Shown in pieces: positions 59,569-64,000 of a DNA stretch of 64,000 nt. Positions within the stretch are counted from its first letter, which is position 1; the number at the start of each line of letters is the position of its first letter. The position numbers and the translations under genes were made by a program. Source of the stretch: Chrysomallon squamiferum (taxonomy: Eukaryota; Animalia; Mollusca); assembly GCA_012295275.1 (NCBI GenBank), contig CM022666.1:9920001-9984000 (forward strand), given 5' to 3'. The notes beneath the pieces were generated by a model. That model did no database searches. It was not told the DNA's origin and was given only the letters and a program-made list of their open reading frames with translations.

Positions 59569-62500
59569 TCAGCACACAACAATTTCATGAGTGTTGTCTA
59601 AATCACGTTTATTCAAACGCTGCTGTCTCTGCTGCTCCCAGCGTTTAACAACTGGCCAACAGCCCAACAGCATCGCACTGAACAGACATGCTGAACCACA
59701 GAGAAACATAACAACTTGATAGGATCCTGTCAGATCATATAGCCAACCTGAAAAACACAAACATAACAACTTCATAGAGCATAAACTATTTCCAGTTTAC
59801 TGCTGGAATATCAGTCTGTACAGAAAACTCAACTGAATTATAACAGTAAATTAGAACTACAACATGCACACAGGTTTGATATGATATAAATAATAAAAAG
59901 ATATTGCTAAAGATATTGTTAAAAAGAAAGAAGTAATAAAATGTAAAATTTAAATAATAATTATTAAAACAAAGTTTAAGTAATAATAAAATATAAACAG
60001 TTTAAGTAAGAGTTTTTTAAAATTTATAAAGTTAAGAAATAATAAAACAATTTAAATAACAATTATTAAAACATAACAAGTTTAATCAATGAATAATAAA
60101 ACATAAACAACTTAAGTAAGAATTATTAAAACATAAAAAGTTTAATTAAGAAAAATGTAAAAGAACGTTTTACCAAGGAAAGGTTGTCCTAGAGCGGCTC
60201 CTATGCCCTGCACCAATAAGAGAATGGCCAGCATCTTTGGCATCAGCTCCAGTCCAATCATGTCAATAAGAACAACAGCAGTCATACAGACATACCCACC
60301 TCCAAACAACCCGTAAAACACAGAATGGATCATCATCCACCAGAAGTTGTCAGCAAAGGCAAAAATGAGTGTATTGAACCCAACACACATGAGACAGAAT
60401 GTTTCCAGTTTGTAGCGCTCAACAAAGTTCAGGTCACCAAAAAAACCAAGAAAAATTCTTCCACAGAGATCTCCAATTCCACAAGCAGACACCAACCATG
60501 TCATTTCATACTTCATGATGCCCACACTGATAGCATAGGATGGCAGAAACAGAACAAAGTTAAAATAGCCAAAGAAAGAAAAGAATCCAAAGATTGTGTT
60601 AAAAATACAAATGTAGTTTCTTAGAATTGAGAAATCAAAGAGTCGGTTAATAAAAGATTTTGGCTTTCTGATGGGTTGTGCAGGTGGATTAATGGGTTCT
60701 TCTGGTGTCAGACACATACTTCCTGTACTTGTCATGTGAGCAGCAAACTTGTCTACATGGTTGATCTCAGCATCACCAGACATAAGGGCAGCATCACTGT
60801 GGTGCTCATTCAACAACAGCTCGGAATTCTTTGCCCGTCTCTCCTGTCTTTTAGTGTAGTACGTCAGTGGACGGAAGAACGAAGCAAACAAAGTGATGTG
60901 AAAGTAGAACCCGCCTATCAGCAGCACAGCCCCACTCAGCCCAAAGTTGTCCAGCAAGAGCTGAATGATTGGTGGCATGGCAAACTGACCAATGCTGGAA
61001 CCGGCCAGAGCCAAACCATTTGCCAAAGTCCTTCTCTTTACAAAGTATGTGCCAAGCATAACAAGTCCATTGCCATAGATTGATGAGTTACCAATACCTG
61101 TAACAAAACACAAATTAAAAATATTACAACACAAATAAAATACAATGTAAATATAATAGCACAAAATGAAAACAATTACAACACTAAATAAACAAACTCT
61201 ATAAGAAAAAAATATTGAGATAAACACATTATATCACATGTAAATATACTGAAAAACATACATAAAACACCAACAATTTATGAATACAGAAAAAGATAAA
61301 ACAAGTAAATATATATTTCTTGAAAGATACACATACAGATATTTGTATTTTATGTCACAGAAGCACATATAGACCCTTGAATAAAAAATATTTGTATAAA
61401 AAACATTAAACTGCTGACAAACATACACACCAAAGCCGATGCCAAAGAGAACAATGACAAAGTCCATGCTGACAAGGAAGCTGCTGAGTGAAATTCCCAA
61501 ACAGCCAATGAAACCACCAGTCATCACAACTCGACGCACACCAAACCGCTCACCCAGCAAGAGACACACTGGACCTACAAATAACAAAAAAACTGCTCAT
61601 AAGGAAGTATAATGCATCTACTATGACAATCACTTGTAGCCAAGCAAAATTAATTTGTAGAAGCAGATTAGCTGGAGAATATGTTAGTATACAAATCAGT
61701 CTGTCACCCATCAAAAGTCAACATCACTATTTTAAATAACTTACATGATATCAATAAAAAAAATTACTTTTGACATAAAGCTCTTATAAATCAATTTAAA
61801 ATTGACTAAAAATGTCCTTGCTGAACAGAATTCAGCTGATTTTGATGATGTTAACAAAGAAAAGTTTAAAATTTAATACAATTTAATATTTCATGTAGAT
61901 CTGTAATACAACTGTTACCATGGCAATATAATCATTTACTACAGCAATACTAATTTAAACATTCTTATAACATTATAGTCAAATCATAATTAAGTTACCA
62001 TGGTATTATTAATTTACACTTCCACATATGGTCTATGATAATGAATTGTAACCATAGTAATATAATTTGGTATGATACATGACAATTCACTGATAGTGTT
62101 ACCATGGCACTAAAAGCTAGAAGTTACAGTATAATCCATTGTTAGTGTTACCATGGCACCACAAGTTAATAGTTTTATTTGTACTGATAATCTATTGTTA
62201 GTGTTACCATGGCACTACAAGTTAATAGTTTCAAGTGTAATTCATTGTTAGTGTTACCATGGCCCTAAAAGCTAGAAGTTACATGTTGAAGCCAGTGCTT
62301 ACCAACAAATGCATAAACAACGGCGGAGGCAGCCATTACCATGCTGGCCAGAGCTGTGGTCACTTCAAAGTACTGTTTGAATGCCTCCATGAAGATGCCC
62401 ATACTCTTAGAAAGTCCAACCATGAGAAAAACATTGCAAAATTGACCTGAAAACACCAAGATTTACATAACATACATTCTGTTCTGATTTACATCACAGC

Positions 62501-62655
62501 ACAAGTTCATTAGAGATTTGTAAAGTAATAACATGGTTTTTGAAATTTAACAACATGTAATACAAAAATATTGTAACAGTTTATCACTTACCAGCAACAA
62601 TGACCCAGGCCCATCCACGGTCAATGGGGATTTTGTTCTTATTGTTCTCACCCAT
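59569..62655 (-). CDS. SLC16/monocarboxylate transporter family MFS protein, 484 aa, 5 coding exons; specific ortholog not assignable
   Basis: Exons 62592-62655 (MGENNKNKIPIDRGWAWVIVA, MCT TM1 signature), 62303-62446, 61431-61574 (RFGVRRVV), 60174-61097 (YFVKRRTLANGLA, GDLCGR), 59569-59747 (GWLYDLTGSY); total 1455 nt. The ATG exon has an acceptor at 62701-62702, so a non-coding exon lies further upstream. Confidence 0.93.
61905..62285. repeat. Degenerate minisatellite with a gttaccatggca core in an SLC16 intron
   Basis: attgttagtgttaccatggcac repeated 4 times plus degenerate copies. Confidence 0.8.
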
Positions 62656-64000
62656 GTTGTTCTAGGTAGAAATGTTCTCTACAGTGTTCCTGTCAGGTAT
62701 CTGTATAATAAAACAGTATTTCACTCATAAACTTCTATATGTACACATAAAAAATAAAATAAAATAACATAAAATAAATTACCAATTAATGAATATATAA
62801 CAGAAATAAAATTTCTTGTTATTTTTCAGTGACATAATCATCTATTTATATTTGATTATTATTTATATTTCTCTCCGATGACAGGAAACTGAATGTTTAA
62901 CAGAATAAATAAAAAGATAATCTTACACGATTTTCAGACAGTCTATGTAATGATGTGAGTCCAGTCATTATGATTATATGAAAATCTCTCATATTACAAA
63001 CATCAATTAATATCTGTAAATGAATTACACTGAATGATTCAGTGAATCACCTCAAACATGATTTTTTTATACCGTATTTGGTAGAACTTTTTTTTATAAG
63101 GCTATACAGACAACGTTATTCAAAAATATTGGGCAAAGTTTTCAAACGTCATATAATGAAGAACATTTAAATTCTTCGCTCATACTAACAATATTATTAT
63201 TATGAATATATAAATACAGGTAACGTTTATTTTCATGAAGATTCAGTGATTCAAAAGTTATAATGCACTGTCATTGCCGTTCATTTGCGATGGAAGGGGC
63301 ATTTGATTATATTTTGTATTACTGATGATAATTGTATTTGTCCTGCATGCAATTAGACCTGCACTGGTCTTTTCGACAAAGAAAGCATGTGTAAAACACT
63401 GTAATGCCTCGCCGGATCGGGGTGAACGTACGCCCGATCATGTTTTATTACTTTGCGAAGTAAAACAGCATAATAATATTAAGATTATTAAAAGTCAGAT
63501 GTCAGATTTCAGAATATTTAATATAAAAATCAATTCTAAAATTATATCAATCGATTCAGTCATTATGGCTATGAGTATTAGTGTGCCTGTCTCCTACCAA
63601 ACACCTCAACCATCCATATAATGATATATAATTACCGCACGGTCCCGGAAAAATAAACAGTTAAAAACTCAAGACCGAAAGGATCGCTTATAGTAATAAA
63701 TTCGTGTCACAACATCACAGCAAAGTGTGATTTTGTGAATCTTTTGTCGAAAACTACTGAAGTAAAGCCGTCAGTGCTAGCCATCCGTATCCACATGCAC
63801 CTTACGATATTTACCATTTCTGATATTCCTTGTGATTTCCGCCATTTTCACCAAAGCATTCGATAAAAGATAAAATTAGTGCATACACGTAGAATTTTTT
63901 TCAGTGTGTATATGAGTGTGCGGACGGCGGCCTTCGTCACTAACTTACATAAATGGTTGATAACGGGACCAGATTAGACAGGGCTGGTACCACATTGTAA

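Noticed and set aside
60325-61083. Plus-strand ORFs of 99 and 135 aa
   Set aside because: Antisense shadows of the large SLC16 exon.
63415-63439. GC-rich hairpin gatcggg...cccgatc as an ncRNA or terminator
   Set aside because: Only a 7-bp stem in the CpG-richer SLC16 5' region; no recognisable RNA family.

Overview
AT-rich, intron-dense animal genomic DNA, most plausibly a mollusc/lophotrochozoan (inferred from protein similarity and repeat style, not proven). Four intact spliced genes are reconstructed by hand with consistent exon phases: myosin VIIa (+, 45 coding exons 8793-37210, first coding exon not securely located, one U12-type AT-AC intron at 31800-32093), MPDU1 (-, 44226-47323), TAF6 (+, 48544-54502, head-to-head with MPDU1) and an SLC16/MCT transporter (-, 59569-62655). 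Most unusual observations: (1) an ~850-bp copy of the MPDU1/TAF6 bidirectional promoter inserted, with microhomology junctions, inside one unit of a 45-51-bp minisatellite between the convergent 3' ends of MYO7A and MPDU1; (2) recurring 'splice-junction echo' tandem repeats, in which exon/intron boundaries are copied repeatedly into the adjacent intron, giving arrays of decoy splice sites at a dozen or more junctions; (3) a candidate 21-nt in-frame microexon and candidate alternative first exons in MYO7A; (4) a Tigger/MER2-like MITE and fragments of a SINE-like family. No CRISPR, rRNA or tRNA is seen; most short ORFs in the track are microsatellite noise.
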